From: an uncultured Gammaproteobacteria bacterium
GTDB lineage: Bacteria > Patescibacteriota > Microgenomatia > Daviesbacterales > UBA10151
Length of the DNA stretch: 64,000 nucleotides
NCBI GenBank assembly: GCA_964500725.1
Contig: CAZCNP010000001.1
Coordinates: forward strand, 257,520-321,519
Direction of reading: 5' to 3'
The notes under the pieces are model-generated. The model did not search any database and was not told the origin of the DNA. It saw only the letters and a program-made list of their open reading frames with translations. The first letter of the stretch is position 1, and every line of letters begins with the position of its first letter. The translations under genes were made by a program, and so were the position numbers. Below are positions 9,223 through 18,640 of this stretch, one piece after another.

Positions 9223-11226
9223 TTACAGTGGGATTTTACCCTCTGTACTTTTTGGCTTAGTCCAAGAAGCAAATTTGCAGCCTGGCCAATTTTTACAGCC
9301 ATAAAAAGTTTTTCCTCTTTTGGTTTTTCTGACTACTACTTCTCCTCCATCTAAAGGACATTTTGCATTAATTTTTTCTTCCATGGATTCAGTATGCTTG
9401 CAATCCGGGAAGCCAGAACAAGCAAAAAACTTTCCAAATTTACCGATCCTAACAATTAGCTCCTTACCACACTCTGGACATTTTTTACCAACCAGAACAA
9501 CCTCCATCTTAACCTTCTGGGCTGTTTGGGAAACTTTTTCTATCTTTTGCTCAAATGGTTCAAAAAAAGTTTTTAATGTTGGCTTCCATTCTCTTTCCCC
9601 CCTGGCTATCTCATCTAACTCCTCCTCCATGCGAGCAGTAAAGGCAAAATCTACAATATCAGCAAAATTTGCAACTAAAAAATCTGTGACTGCAAACCCT
9701 AAGCTGGTAGGAACAAACTTCTTTTCCAGCTTTTCAACATAGAATCTTTCTTGAATGGTGGATAAAATTGGGGCATAGGTTGAAGGACGACCAATACCCA
9801 GCTCTTCCAGCTTTTTAATCAAAGAAGCCTCAGTGAATCTGGGAGGAGGCTCTGTAAAGTGCTGGCTTGGCTGCAGCTCAATTAAGTTTAGATTATCGCT
9901 TTCTTCAAGCTGGGGTAGTTTTTGTTCTTTTGATTCTTGTGTCTCTTTAGATTCATCTTCCTGGTCCTCTTTTTTTGTATATAGTTTTAACCAACCATCA
10001 AATTTAACAACACTTCCTGTTGCGCGCAATAAATAATCACCAGCTTTTACATCAATAGTAGTTTGGTCTAAAACAGCCTCGTTCATCTGGCAAGCCACAA
10101 ATCTTTTCCAAATTAGATCATAAAGCCTGAAATGATCCTTATTCATTCCGCTGATCTGTCTAATATCCAAGCTCTGACGTCTAACGTCTGTCACTCTGAT
10201 AGCCTCATGAGCTTCTTGAGCATTCTTAGATTTAGATTTAAAAAGCCTGGGGGAACCGGGCAGATATTGCTTACCAAGAGAGCTGCCAATGTATCCTCTG
10301 ACTGCCCCAATTGCCTGAGAAGACAAATTAACAGAGTCTGTTCTCATATAGGTAATCAACCCATGCTCGTATAAAGCCTGTGCTATCATCATGGTCTTTT
10401 TTGCTGACATTCCTAATTTATTAGCAGCAGCCTGCTGCAACGTTGAGGTAGTAAAAGGAGGATAAGGGTAACGCCTGACTTCTTTTTTGGTTACTTTAGA
10501 AACTAAAAACTGGGCATTCTTTAAATTATTAACATGAGTTTCTGCTTCCTCTTGGTTGTTTATCTCGAGCTTTTTACCCTCTTTTTCTATTAAAGTTGCA
10601 ACAAATCTTCCTTCCTCGCCCTGATTACCTTCCAACTCAACTTCTACTATCCAATACTCTATTGCTTTAAAAGCTTGAATCTCTTTTTCTCTTTCTACAA
10701 TCAGTCTTAAGGCTACTGATTGCACTCTTCCTGCAGAGAGACCTTTTTTCACTTTTGCCCAAAGCAATGGTGAAAGTTTATATCCTACTAATCTATCCAA
10801 AATTCTCCTGGCTTGTTGGGCATCAACTAACTTAAAATCAATCAATCTGGGATGTTCAAAAGCCTGTTTTATAGCTTCTTCTGTAATCTCATGGAAAACT
10901 ACTCTTTTAATCTCAGATTTAATATTTGCACCACCTAACAGCTCTGAAATATGCCAAGCAATTGCTTCACCTTCCCTATCAGGGTCTGTTGCCAAATAAA
11001 GAGTTGTAGCCTCTTTTGCAACCTTTTTTAGCTCATTTACCCTTTTGGTTTTATCACGGGGAATCACATACTTGGGTTCAAAATTATGCTCAACATCCAC
11101 TCCAAACTCAGACTTTGGCAAATCTCTAATGTGCCCCATTGAGGCTTCAACTAGAAATTGCGGTCCTAGAAATTTTTGCAACATTTTTGATTTAGTTGGA
11201 CTTTCTACCACCACTAGATTATTCAT
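9223..11226 (-). CDS. topA: DNA topoisomerase I
   Basis: VVESPTK, ATDPDREGEAI, SAGRVQS, ITYMRTDS, GIGRPSTYA, C-terminal Zn ribbons. Confidence 0.98.
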   Translation of the reverse strand: MNNLVVVESPTKSKMLQKFLGPQFLVEASMGHIRDLPKSEFGVDVEHNFEPKYVIPRDKTKRVNELKKVAKEATTLYLATDPDREGEAIAWHISELLGGANIKSEIKRVVFHEITEEAIKQAFEHPRLIDFKLVDAQQARRILDRLVGYKLSPLLWAKVKKGLSAGRVQSVALRLIVEREKEIQAFKAIEYWIVEVELEGNQGEEGRFVATLIEKEGKKLEINNQEEAETHVNNLKNAQFLVSKVTKKEVRRYPYPPFTTSTLQQAAANKLGMSAKKTMMIAQALYEHGLITYMRTDSVNLSSQAIGAVRGYIGSSLGKQYLPGSPRLFKSKSKNAQEAHEAIRVTDVRRQSLDIRQISGMNKDHFRLYDLIWKRFVACQMNEAVLDQTTIDVKAGDYLLRATGSVVKFDGWLKLYTKKEDQEDESKETQESKEQKLPQLEESDNLNLIELQPSQHFTEPPPRFTEASLIKKLEELGIGRPSTYAPILSTIQERFYVEKLEKKFVPTSLGFAVTDFLVANFADIVDFAFTARMEEELDEIARGEREWKPTLKTFFEPFEQKIEKVSQTAQKVKMEVVLVGKKCPECGKELIVRIGKFGKFFACSGFPDCKHTESMEEKINAKCPLDGGEVVVRKTKRGKTFYGCKNWPGCKFASWTKPKSTEGKIPL

Positions 11227-11267
11227 ATTAATTAACTCTCGGATAATTGTACGGGACTTGTCAAGTA

Positions 11268-11522
11268 TTAAAGACCGCTAAAATCTTCATCTAAAACTTG
11301 AGGGTTAATACTTTCTAGCTCCTTTTGCAAATCAGTAGAACTATCATACTGCACTTGCGCAGGAGGATTATATGATGAAGTTGAGGGAGTTGGAGTTACT
11401 TGATTTGCTTGATTTTGTTTAGAGGCTGGACTGGTAAGAGACGATACCTTTTGATTAAAAAGAAAGAAAATTATAACTACCCCTATTATCAATAAAACTA
11501 AAAATATTTTTTTACTGCTCAT
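11268..11522 (-). CDS. Small membrane-anchored hypothetical protein
   Basis: 84-aa ORF with N-terminal hydrophobic helix; overlaps the upstream ORF end. Confidence 0.7.
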   Translation of the reverse strand: MSSKKIFLVLLIIGVVIIFFLFNQKVSSLTSPASKQNQANQVTPTPSTSSYNPPAQVQYDSSTDLQKELESINPQVLDEDFSGL

Positions 11523-11883
11523 TCAAAGCCTTTCCTACCTCTATCTTTGCTTTTAAAATTTTATTTTTTAACCCCAAAAAACTGCTTCTGAGCTGAGTTT
11601 TTGAAGAGTATTTTTGAGCTCTTTGGAAGGCTATAGCCTCAGCTGCTGAAGTAATCCAGTAATCAGCGCTTTCAATTTGGGTATCCACTCCTCCAAAAGC
11701 TACCCTGGTTTCTGTAATTCCTTTTCTTCTTCTTAACTCTTCCATAATTGCTGCCAGTTTTACCATATCTGCCTCAAACCTGCTGCAGACTTTTTGATTA
11801 ACCATATCCAAGGAAACACTAGCATAAGCAGTAATGGGTACAAATATTATCAGGAGCACAAAAAGTAGAACCAACTTCTTCAC
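11512..11883 (-). CDS. Secreted helical hypothetical protein
   Basis: Signal peptide MKKLVLLFVLLIIFVPITAYA; TGnTATGCT 6 nt before the GTG start. Confidence 0.75.
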   Translation of the reverse strand: MKKLVLLFVLLIIFVPITAYASVSLDMVNQKVCSRFEADMVKLAAIMEELRRRKGITETRVAFGGVDTQIESADYWITSAAEAIAFQRAQKYSSKTQLRSSFLGLKNKILKAKIEVGKALNEQ

Positions 11884-11945
11884 TCTTCTAGCATAACATT
11901 TTAAATATATCTTCTACCACTGTTCTGATGAATGGTTAAATAAAG

Positions 11946-13169
11946 TTAGGGTTCGGTAACCTGTAACTCACAGGGCATTAAATCTATTGCCTGTTCCCAA
12001 CCGATGTTATTATCAGTACTCAAGATAGGAAAAAGTCTACTCACGGGTACAGCTCTTGGAAATTGAGCTAAAATATTCACTTCAGGAATTATTAACCTCT
12101 GCGCACTAAGAGCAATATTTCCTTCTTGAGATTCAGATACCTGGTAAACATATTCCCCATATCTATATACTTCACCAATCCGAATCTCATCAGTCTGAAA
12201 AACTTGTCTTGTTAAAATATTTTCTATACTAACCTCGAATTGATTTGGGTCTGATTGAGAAGGTTTATAGCTAATATCATAATAAGCAGCCTGTGATAAC
12301 TGATCATAATGGTCATCTAGGGTACCAGCAACTACCTGTTTTAATTGATCGATTACTAACATATCTTGTTGTTCGGGATTCATAGTAGGAAAGTAAGCAG
12401 GTAAATTCTTTGATGTTTCTAAATAAAGTTGCATTGCTAGTTGAGCCATATCCTCAGATGGAAGTTTTGGTCGTAAAGGCTCCAACTTATGAATAATTAG
12501 AAACATTAATGAGGTAGAAAGATCATTTTTAAAACCTTGAGGCCAAGCTTTCTGCTTTTCCTGAATTTCTTCGGTTAAGCTATTCACATAAGCAAGTAGC
12601 GACCAATCTTCTGGCATAAATAATGAACCCTTATGAGTTCCAAAAAGCTCTACCAGATCTTGCAAATTTTCCTCCAATGTACGTTGATCATGTAAATAAG
12701 ACCAACGTTCATCGTCAGCCATCGAGACTATATCTATACCTTGCTCTACGTCTTTATCCCCAGCTTTTCTTTCTATCTCAGCATGCAGCATAAAGGAGTT
12801 TATATCTCCCGGGTATCGATATTGAGCATGAAAGTGAATATCTCTTTCATCTGTTAGTTTATCCAGAACCAGGTTTATATAGCAAGCTTCTGGGGATAGT
12901 GCATCACGAGTATGAATTTCAACACTCCTATCGTCATTAAGTAAATAAAATACTTGATATTCATTTCCATCAGGTGAATCTTGAGTACGAATTTGGGTCC
13001 TCCTATAAGCAGATATTGGTGAGCTATCAGGTAAATGATTGGTGCGAACAAAGAGTTGGTATTTAGGATCTTTCTCCCAAGTTGTTTTAATACCATTTTC
13101 CGGATCTATTTTGCTAGCCAAAAATCGTTGGCGCCTTTTATCCCATCTTAATTCAGGTTCTATTTCCAT
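11946..13169 (-). CDS. Hypothetical protein
   Basis: 407-aa ORF with TATAAT just upstream; no motif recognised. Confidence 0.75.
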   Translation of the reverse strand: MEIEPELRWDKRRQRFLASKIDPENGIKTTWEKDPKYQLFVRTNHLPDSSPISAYRRTQIRTQDSPDGNEYQVFYLLNDDRSVEIHTRDALSPEACYINLVLDKLTDERDIHFHAQYRYPGDINSFMLHAEIERKAGDKDVEQGIDIVSMADDERWSYLHDQRTLEENLQDLVELFGTHKGSLFMPEDWSLLAYVNSLTEEIQEKQKAWPQGFKNDLSTSLMFLIIHKLEPLRPKLPSEDMAQLAMQLYLETSKNLPAYFPTMNPEQQDMLVIDQLKQVVAGTLDDHYDQLSQAAYYDISYKPSQSDPNQFEVSIENILTRQVFQTDEIRIGEVYRYGEYVYQVSESQEGNIALSAQRLIIPEVNILAQFPRAVPVSRLFPILSTDNNIGWEQAIDLMPCELQVTEP

Positions 13170-13301
13170 ATTATGGAGATTATACCAAGAAGAGGTCTTT
13201 ATTGCTAATTATAGGACTATAAATCTATCCTTTATTAGGAGGACAATCAAACTTCTATCCCAGCAGAAGATCGGTATTTGGTGCAAACGAAAGACCCTTG
13301 A

Positions 13302-13586
13302 TTAATATTTCCTGTATTTGTCATGTTTGCCAATATCAATTAATATGACTGCATTCTCCTCTTTCCAGATAAAAAATATTCTGTCAGACCTATTTAAACG
13401 AATTGTGTACTTACCTTTTGTATTTTTTAGCTTCTCTGTACGTAATCCTGGATGAGTGGGATTCGAGATGAATATAGTAACTGCTTTCCTATAATCTTCA
13501 AGGTGAATACGATTATTTTTAATATATTTTTTAAGCTCATTTAGAAAATGTTGTGTATATTCTAAGCTTATCTTAAGAGGAGACAT
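13302..13586 (-). CDS. RelE/ParE-superfamily toxin
   Basis: HPGLRTEKL...YTIRLNRSDRIFF...LIDIGKHDKY; coupled to the upstream antitoxin. Confidence 0.85.
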   Translation of the reverse strand: MSPLKISLEYTQHFLNELKKYIKNNRIHLEDYRKAVTIFISNPTHPGLRTEKLKNTKGKYTIRLNRSDRIFFIWKEENAVILIDIGKHDKYRKY

Positions 13587-13842
13587 ACTTTTCTAGCTCT
13601 TGCAGATCTTCTTCTAACTCCTCAATTGTTTTAATTACCTTAGTCTTACCAGCTTTCGAATCTTTTAATGCTTGCTCTGCCAAAATATCTAGTTGTATTT
13701 TCTCCATTAAATCAAGTCCAATTATGGCACCAAGGGGTTTATTATTGGCCATCACCACAATAGGCTCTTTTGTTTTATTAGCTTTTTCTAAAACCTTTTT
13801 ATATTCTCTTTGGATTTGTCTTGCTGAAACAGTGTTAAACAT
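13573..13842 (-). CDS. Phd/YefM-family antitoxin
   Basis: VSARQIQREYKKVLEKA...EPIVVMANNKPLGAII. Confidence 0.85.
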   Translation of the reverse strand: MFNTVSARQIQREYKKVLEKANKTKEPIVVMANNKPLGAIIGLDLMEKIQLDILAEQALKDSKAGKTKVIKTIEELEEDLQELEKYVSS

Positions 13843-13898
13843 AATACTAATATTATACTTTTAATTAATATGTACGTCAAGATGACATACAATTATTT

Positions 13899-16433
13899 CT
13901 ATCCAGATAAAAGCTCAACCCCTGCTGTAAATGGTTGGCCCTTTATTAGTTGATTTTGCAGAATCAGCTTAGAAAGTTGGGCTTCTAAAGTATCTTGCAT
14001 CAGCCTTCTTAAAGGCCTGGCTCCCAAAACTGGATCAAAACCTCTCTTGGCAAATTCTGCAACTAAGCTAGGATCAAATGCTACCACATAGCCTTTTTCC
14101 TTCATTTGGGCTTGAAGTGAGGCAAGCTTTATTTGGACTATTTTTTGCAAATCCTCTGTTGATAATGGTTTAAAAAGCACTACTTTGTCAAACCTATTAA
14201 TAAGTTCCGGTCTATAAACTTTTAAAAGCTCCTCATTTACCTTTTGCTCTATAGCTTCCATACTTTGCCTAGTTTGCAAACCTTGAGCAATGGTTAAACT
14301 ACCAGCATTGGAGGTAGCAATAATAATAGTGTTGGTAAAGTCCACAGTTCTGCCTGCCCCATCAGTTAATCTTCCATCGTCTAATACTTGTAAAAATAGC
14401 GTCAAAATTTTCTCGTTGGCTTTTTCAAACTCATCCAAAAGCAGCAGCGCATAAGGTCTGCTTCTCACTGCCTCTGTTAAAAACCCTCCTTCTCCTGCAG
14501 CCCCAATCAATCTGCTGACTGATTCACTGTTTTGATATTCAGACATATCAAATCTAATATATGCTCCTGCCCCTTTGAAATACACCTCAGATAAAGTTTT
14601 CGCAAGTTCAGTTTTACCAACACCAGTAGGTCCTACAAATAAAAATGACCCGATTGGCCTGCCTTCCTCCCTTAAACCAGTTACCGAACGCCTTAAAGTA
14701 TCTGCCACAACTTTAACTGCCTGCTCCTGATCTATCAACCTTTGATGAATTTCATCTTCCAAATTTAATAATTTAGCCGTATCAACATTGCCTACATCCA
14801 CAATAGGCACTTTGACTCTTTGGGAAATTACTCTTTTTACCACATCTTTTGTCACCCATTTGTTGAGGGGTTGAGTTAAGCTTTCTTTAAAAACAGAAAT
14901 AGCACTATCCGGCAAAACACGGTCATGAATCAGCTTTTTAGAAAAAGTAACTGCTGTTTTCAAAGCAATAAAAGTAGTTTTTATTTTGCTTCTTCTTTCT
15001 GCCTCAATTGCACGGTATTCTAGTATAGCCAACGTATCTTTTTCCGTTGCAGAAGGCAGTTCAACTTTCCTGAAAAGCCTAGCAAAACTGCCATTTTTTT
15101 CTAAAACTTTGCTGTAACTTTCTGCCTCTGTTGTCCCAATAAATTGGAAAGTGTCTGATTCCAAATACGGCTGTATCATTGAATATAAATTAAAACTTTC
15201 GCCTACCTGACCCATACCGAGTTCATGAATTTCTTCGATAGCGATTATTGAGTTTTGGGCATAGCCTACCTCTTCAAAGATCGCTTTAACTTTTTCTGCC
15301 AGCTCACCTTGAGTTTTTACTCCTGATAATAACTTTGTTAAATCCAAAAGCACTATTCTCTTAGTAGCCAAAGCAGCAGGCGCATCTCCTGTGACAATTT
15401 GTTTTGCCAGAAAACGCAGAGTGGCTGTTTTTCCAGATCCTGGAGGCCCTACTAAAACCACATTTCTACCGCCTTCTTGTGAAAGAATGTTTACTAAGTC
15501 TTTTAAAACCCCGTCTTCACGGATTAAATCAGCAAACCCTTCGGTAGCTGCCTGCCTGGTTAAGTCTATGCTAACCAAATCTAAATTGGGAGTTGGTACT
15601 CCTAACCAACCTCTATTTGTACCTTTCAGATGATGAACAGTAAAATCATCATCCCAAATAAACACTCTTCTCCAGGTAGATCTTTTTTTCTCTAAATAGA
15701 GTAAAGCTTTTTCAAAATCTTCTAAAGTAAGTTCATATTTTAATAAGTAGGTATCAATATTAGGCATTTCTGACAAGGCTGCTACAAAAAAATGGGCAGC
15801 ATTTAAATATACGCTTCCACAGACTCTTCCTAACTCATATGCCTTCTTTGATACACTTTGCTCGCCGGTAATTTCAAATGCTGGAAGGAAAGATTGTTCA
15901 ATCTCTAAGTTAGCCAAGAGGTCTTTTACCTGATAAGTTTCCAGCAGCTTGTTAAACATTAAATCTTTTCTTTCAAGCAAGGAAGCTTTCCAAAAATCCT
16001 GATCTCTTTTACCAATCTGCCATAGTTTTTTATGAGGATTAACAAATATATTGATAAGAAAAAGACCCAAGCCAGACAAAAATATAGCAATACTAATAAG
16101 ATGAGGTGTATCAAAAATAGCAGCTGCAGGCAGGATCAACCAATAACCACCTATTAAAAATAAAATTACTGTTGCCGCAGCAAATGAAAATAACCCCATG
16201 ACAATTCTGACAAACCGGAAAAGAAAACTTAGTATTCTCCCTACTATTGTGCAGTCATGAAAAAGCGGCGTAAAAAGCAGTCTAAACATCAGCATCACAG
16301 CCAAATCTTCTTCCAAAAAAAGCATTAAATTCTTCCAAGTCCTTACAAAAAAGGCTACAGAATCTGGATACCAAAATTTAAATAAACTAATAGGTAAGGC
16401 TAAATATTTCATTTTCGTTAGAAAATAGTCCAC
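13899..16433 (-). CDS. ClpA/ClpB-family double AAA+ ATPase with N-terminal transmembrane segments
   Basis: GPPGSGKT, RVLPDSAI, GSFLFVGPTGVGKTELAK, RFDMSEY, LDEFEKA, GARPLRR; hydrophobic N-terminus. True start may be ATG 16412. Confidence 0.9.
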   Translation of the reverse strand: MDYFLTKMKYLALPISLFKFWYPDSVAFFVRTWKNLMLFLEEDLAVMLMFRLLFTPLFHDCTIVGRILSFLFRFVRIVMGLFSFAAATVILFLIGGYWLILPAAAIFDTPHLISIAIFLSGLGLFLINIFVNPHKKLWQIGKRDQDFWKASLLERKDLMFNKLLETYQVKDLLANLEIEQSFLPAFEITGEQSVSKKAYELGRVCGSVYLNAAHFFVAALSEMPNIDTYLLKYELTLEDFEKALLYLEKKRSTWRRVFIWDDDFTVHHLKGTNRGWLGVPTPNLDLVSIDLTRQAATEGFADLIREDGVLKDLVNILSQEGGRNVVLVGPPGSGKTATLRFLAKQIVTGDAPAALATKRIVLLDLTKLLSGVKTQGELAEKVKAIFEEVGYAQNSIIAIEEIHELGMGQVGESFNLYSMIQPYLESDTFQFIGTTEAESYSKVLEKNGSFARLFRKVELPSATEKDTLAILEYRAIEAERRSKIKTTFIALKTAVTFSKKLIHDRVLPDSAISVFKESLTQPLNKWVTKDVVKRVISQRVKVPIVDVGNVDTAKLLNLEDEIHQRLIDQEQAVKVVADTLRRSVTGLREEGRPIGSFLFVGPTGVGKTELAKTLSEVYFKGAGAYIRFDMSEYQNSESVSRLIGAAGEGGFLTEAVRSRPYALLLLDEFEKANEKILTLFLQVLDDGRLTDGAGRTVDFTNTIIIATSNAGSLTIAQGLQTRQSMEAIEQKVNEELLKVYRPELINRFDKVVLFKPLSTEDLQKIVQIKLASLQAQMKEKGYVVAFDPSLVAEFAKRGFDPVLGARPLRRLMQDTLEAQLSKLILQNQLIKGQPFTAGVELLSG

Positions 16434-16435
16434 GT

Positions 16436-16807
16436 CTATTTTGCTCTTATCAGATTCCCTTCTATATCAAGTTCTACAAAATGCTCTACCCTGCCTTCCA
16501 AGTAAGCAACACATTGATTTTCAGGCAAGTCATCTATTGGTAAACGGGGATTATGAACTGTATCTACCACCCAATTTGCCATTAGGGCATTAGAAAGACA
16601 AGGGCCATTTGAAAAATTCTCCCCTCTTTCTTTCCTCTGGCGATACAGAAATATTGCCTGGTTTGCTGCAGCGTCAATCTCGCTTTTCGGAACTGTTTTT
16701 ATAATAAAATTATTAAAAAGAAGGGTAGCTACTACCGTTAAAATTACCACTGTCAAAGAAATAAAAAAAAGTAAGTTTTTTCTTTCAAATAAGATTGGAT
16801 TGGGCAT
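16436..16807 (-). CDS. Membrane-anchored hypothetical protein
   Basis: N-terminal TM helix, then NGPCLS...WVVD...NQC; operonic between dprA and the Clp gene. Confidence 0.75.
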   Translation of the reverse strand: MPNPILFERKNLLFFISLTVVILTVVATLLFNNFIIKTVPKSEIDAAANQAIFLYRQRKERGENFSNGPCLSNALMANWVVDTVHNPRLPIDDLPENQCVAYLEGRVEHFVELDIEGNLIRAK

Positions 16808-16811
16808 TGTA

Positions 16812-17900
16812 TTATCTCTTGCAGTATATCCCAGCTCCTATACTAACAACAAGTCCTGAAATCTCCATTTTTAAAAGCAAGACAGAAATCTTTGCAGATG
16901 GAAGTTGCAGGCATCTGCCAATTTCATCAATATGCAAATTCTCATTTTCTAAACTCTGCAAAACTCTTTTCTCCTCTTCAGATATTTTTAGCTTACTCTG
17001 ATCTTTTGACCCTAGATTAACACTACTAACTCCTAATTCTTCTAACACTTCATCTGGACTAAAAACTGCTTTTGCTCCTTCCCTAATAAGGCTTACTGGT
17101 CCTTTAGATAAATTTGAAGTGACTGGACCAGGCACTGCAAACACCTCTCTTCCTTGCTCTAAAGCAAGCTTGGCAGTAATCAGTGAACCACTATTTTCCG
17201 CTGCTTCAATTACTAAAACCCCTAGAGATAAACCAGAAATTATTCTATTTCTGACAGGAAAATTCCCTGGTAAAGGGGATGCATCAGGAAGAAATTCTGA
17301 AATTACAGCCCCATACCCTGCAGTAATTTTCTCGGTCAAGCTTCTATTTTCATAAGGGAAAATGCGATTTAGGCCTCCACCTAAAACTGCAATGGTTTTA
17401 CCTTCTTGCAAAACTGCAGATAAATGAGCTTGACTGTCTACGCCGCTGGCCAATCCAGAAACAATAGTTAAACCAGCATTTGCAAGCCCTTGGGTAAACT
17501 GTGCTGTTACCACTTTTCCATATCCACTAATTTTTCTCGAACCCACCACCGCAATAGATGACTTATTCCAATCATTTATCTCACCTTTGTAATATAAAAC
17601 TGCTGGTGGATCATAAATTTCTTTTAAAAGATTAGGGTAATTTTTATCTAAAATCGTAAGCCACTTAATACCTGATTTTTGAATCGACTCCGCATAACTT
17701 TCTGGCTCTAAAGTTTTTCTAGTCTGAAGTAGAATTTCTATTATATTTTTGGGGATACCAACTTTATAAAATTCCTGCGCATCTGCCTCCCAGGCTAATT
17801 TTGGGTCTTTAAAATAGTCCAAAATTGCCTTAAGCCTTCTTGGTCCTAAACCATTTATAGAATGTAAGGCTAATAAATAAGGAGTGTTAAAATAATTCAC
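16812..17900 (-). CDS. dprA: DNA-processing protein DprA
   Basis: YDPPAVLYYKG, AVVGSR, IVSGLASGVD, FPVRNRIISGLS, SGSLITA, GREVFAVPG. Confidence 0.97.
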   Translation of the reverse strand: MNYFNTPYLLALHSINGLGPRRLKAILDYFKDPKLAWEADAQEFYKVGIPKNIIEILLQTRKTLEPESYAESIQKSGIKWLTILDKNYPNLLKEIYDPPAVLYYKGEINDWNKSSIAVVGSRKISGYGKVVTAQFTQGLANAGLTIVSGLASGVDSQAHLSAVLQEGKTIAVLGGGLNRIFPYENRSLTEKITAGYGAVISEFLPDASPLPGNFPVRNRIISGLSLGVLVIEAAENSGSLITAKLALEQGREVFAVPGPVTSNLSKGPVSLIREGAKAVFSPDEVLEELGVSSVNLGSKDQSKLKISEEEKRVLQSLENENLHIDEIGRCLQLPSAKISVLLLKMEISGLVVSIGAGIYCKR

Positions 17901-18604
17901 TGGATAGTAAAGATGCCCAGTTCAGACATTTTTCTTTGACCACAGCCATCACTTGCAATATTCCAGTAATAAGTTCCTGGAGGTAAGTTTTCCCTAGTGT
18001 AGGACTTTTTATCTGTTACAACATCGTTAGCAATGTCTACCTTTTGTAAAACCCCATCATCATCTACCTCTTTTGAGGAAGAAATATTTATATAAGTAAC
18101 CTTAGCACTTTTACTTTTTGTCCAACTTAAGGTAACTGTTGTATCTTCTATTTCAGGCTCATTTAAAGTTGCCTGCTCTATTGTACATACAGTATCAACT
18201 GTATCATTAGTTGTTGATTGAATAGTAAATGTGCCAAGGCTGGAAACTTTTCGTTGTTTACAACCATCAATGACAATATTCCAATAATAAGTTCCTGGAC
18301 TCAAATTGGTTTTTGAATATGAATTTTTGTTTGTCACAACATCGTTTACAATATCTGTAACTTCCAAAGATCCATCAGGTTTTAACGACTTGGAAGTAGA
18401 AACATTTAAATAAGTTTTTTTACTGTTTACACTACCTGTCCAAGATAAATTAACAGTTGAGCCATCAATATTATGTGTACTTAAGACAGCTGGTACAATC
18501 GTGCAATTAGAGCTAATTCTATTTTGAACTTTGGGATAAATTATTAATAAAATAACTATAAAAACAGGCAGAATATATTTAAGATTTTTTAATTTAAAGG
18601 CCAT
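17897..18604 (-). CDS. Membrane-anchored protein with two tandem fibronectin-III-like repeats
   Basis: Duplicated unit CTI...TVxLSWT...TYxNxS...DIxNDVVTxKxSYxxxNLxPGTYYWNIxxDGCxQRKxSxLGxFTIQ. Confidence 0.8.
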   Translation of the reverse strand: MAFKLKNLKYILPVFIVILLIIYPKVQNRISSNCTIVPAVLSTHNIDGSTVNLSWTGSVNSKKTYLNVSTSKSLKPDGSLEVTDIVNDVVTNKNSYSKTNLSPGTYYWNIVIDGCKQRKVSSLGTFTIQSTTNDTVDTVCTIEQATLNEPEIEDTTVTLSWTKSKSAKVTYINISSSKEVDDDGVLQKVDIANDVVTDKKSYTRENLPPGTYYWNIASDGCGQRKMSELGIFTIQ

Positions 18605-18640
18605 AGCTTGATTATACTCTATTTTCGCAAAAGAACTTGT

